A DNA stretch of 64,000 bases. Origin: an uncultured delta proteobacterium. Lineage in GTDB: Bacteria; Myxococcota_A; Polyangia; Polyangiales; Polyangiaceae. The notes beneath the pieces were generated by a model. That model was not told where the DNA came from and searched no databases. It saw only the letters and a list, made by a program, of their open reading frames with translations. The position numbers were made by a program, and so were the translations under genes. Of the stretch, positions 62,768 through 64,000 are shown piece after piece. The stretch is taken from NCBI GenBank assembly GCA_963806225.1, contig CAWDXG010000001.1:352001-416000 (forward strand), read 5' to 3'. Positions within the stretch are counted from its first letter, which is position 1; each line of letters starts with the position of its first letter.

Positions 62768-63180
62768 CCGCGCGTTGCCGCCAGCTGCGCGGAGCTCGTC
62801 CACGGTGTGGCGGAGCTTCGGCGCGCTGGGCGGAAATGGGGCGCGCTATCGCCGCTCGGTGCGGCGCGGCGCGCGTTGCCGCCCGCTGCGCGGAGCTCGT
62901 CCACGGTGTGGGCGCGCTTCGGCGCGCGTTGCCGCCCGCTGCGCGGAGCTCGTCCACGGTGTGGGCGCGCTTCGGCGCGCGTTGCCGCCCGCTGCGCGGA
63001 GCTCGTCCACGGTGTGGGCGCGCTTCGGCGCGCGTTGCCGCCCGCTGCGCGGAGCTCGTCCACGGTGTGGGCGCGCTTCGGCGCGCGTTGCCGCCCGCTG
63101 CGCGGAGCTCGTCCACGGTGTGGCGGAGCTTCGGCGCGCTGGGCGGAAATGGGGCGCGCTATCGCCGCTCGGAGCGGCGC
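62768..63180 (+). repeat. REP/BIME-like tandem hairpin array A-B-A-A-A-A-A-B (A unit 53 bp, B unit about 48 bp)
   Basis: Core GGAGCTCGTCCACGGTGTGG at 62791, 62892, 62945, 62998, 63051 and 63104 (spacing 101, 53, 53, 53, 53); B unit follows the first and last A. Confidence 0.95.
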
Positions 63181-63210
63181 GGGGCGCGGGGCGCGCTGTC
63201 GCGGCGCGGC

Positions 63211-63603
63211 TTAGCGCTTCGAGAACTGGAAGTGCTTGCGGGCGCCGGGCTGGCCGTACTTCTTGCGCTCTTTCTTGCGATCGTCGCGCGTGAGGAAGCC
63301 GGCGCGCTTGAGGGCGCGGCGCCGCTCGGAGTCTTCGGTGGTGAGGGCGCGGGCGATGCCGTGGCGCATGGCTTCGGCCTGTGCGCTGTGTCCGCCGCCC
63401 GCTACCGTCGCTTTCACGTCGTACTTGTCGACCAGCTCGAGCAGCTCCAGCGACTGGCGCATCACCATGCGCGAGGTCTCGCGCTCGAAGTAGTCGTCGG
63501 CGTTGGTGCCGTTGATGACGATCTGGCCGCTGCCGGGCGTGATCCAGACACGGGCGACGGCGGTCTTGCGCTTTCCGGTGGCGTAAGTTGCGGTTTCGGA
63601 CAT
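63211..63603 (-). CDS. rpsI: 30S ribosomal protein S9
   Basis: [34 protein letters not shown]. Confidence 0.98.
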   Translation of the reverse strand: MSETATYATGKRKTAVARVWITPGSGQIVINGTNADDYFERETSRMVMRQSLELLELVDKYDVKATVAGGGHSAQAEAMRHGIARALTTEDSERRRALKRAGFLTRDDRKKERKKYGQPGARKHFQFSKR

Positions 63604-63625
63604 CGCTTGCTTTCGTTCCTACCGC

Positions 63626-64000
63626 TCAGAGCGGCATGACCTCGGGCTTCTGTGCCTCGTGGGGATGAACGGCTTCGCCGTACACCTTCAACTTGTCGAG
63701 CAGATGGCGCCCGAGCACGTTCTTCGGCAGCATGCCCTTGACGGCCTGCTGGATCGGCACCTCGGGTCGGCGTGCGACCAGATGACGGAAGGTCTCTTCC
63801 TTGATGCCACCCGGGTAGCCGCTGTGACGGTAGTACTTCTTCGCGTCGCTCTTGGCGCCGGTGAGCTTCACCTTGCTCGCGTTGATCACGATGACGAAGT
63901 CACCGGTGTCGACGTGCGGCGTGAAGGTGGGCTTGTGCTTTCCGCGCAGCACCGTCGCAATCTTGCTGGCCAGCCGTCCGAGCGACTGGTCTTTTGCGTC
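63626..64000 (-). CDS. rplM: 50S ribosomal protein L13 (5' end outside the window)
   Basis: [45 protein letters not shown]. Confidence 0.98.
   Translation of the reverse strand, partial: DAKDQSLGRLASKIATVLRGKHKPTFTPHVDTGDFVIVINASKVKLTGAKSDAKKYYRHSGYPGGIKEETFRHLVARRPEVPIQQAVKGMLPKNVLGRHLLDKLKVYGEAVHPHEAQKPEVMPL

Noticed and set aside
62768..63180. CRISPR array
   Set aside because: Units are contiguous near-identical tandem copies with no unique spacers, and there are no cas genes in the window
62464..63293. Repetitive ORFs across the array
   Set aside because: The 53-bp period is not a multiple of 3; these are stop-poor GC-rich read-throughs, not proteins

Overview
Very GC-rich bacterial DNA. 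The gene content and the many Gly/Ser/Asp-linker lipoproteins suggest Myxococcota (Polyangia-like); this is inferred, not measured. Most of the window is chromosomal backbone: cyclophilin, MFS transporter, thiolase, 3-hydroxyacyl-CoA dehydrogenase, M18 aminopeptidase, two histidine kinases, a MacAB-type ABC system, uppP, manC, an amidase, uvrB, GH15, hppA, argC, rpsI and rplM, plus many secreted or lipoprotein genes. Two accessory regions stand out. (1) About 6.5-18.6 kb is a mosaic of roughly ten truncated gene pieces, a few intact genes and two IS91-like (Y2 HUH) transposase remnants. It is bracketed by inverted, degenerate copies of a non-coding motif set, with a third copy inside. (2) About 61.7-63.2 kb holds a Y1 HUH (RAYT/TnpA-REP-like) gene with an A-B-A-A-A-A-A-B hairpin repeat array upstream and one B-like copy right after its stop codon, directly downstream of rpsI. 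Five genes carry single-base frameshifts. Four share the same TC>TTC pattern and are probably sequencing errors. No rRNA, tRNA or CRISPR array was seen.
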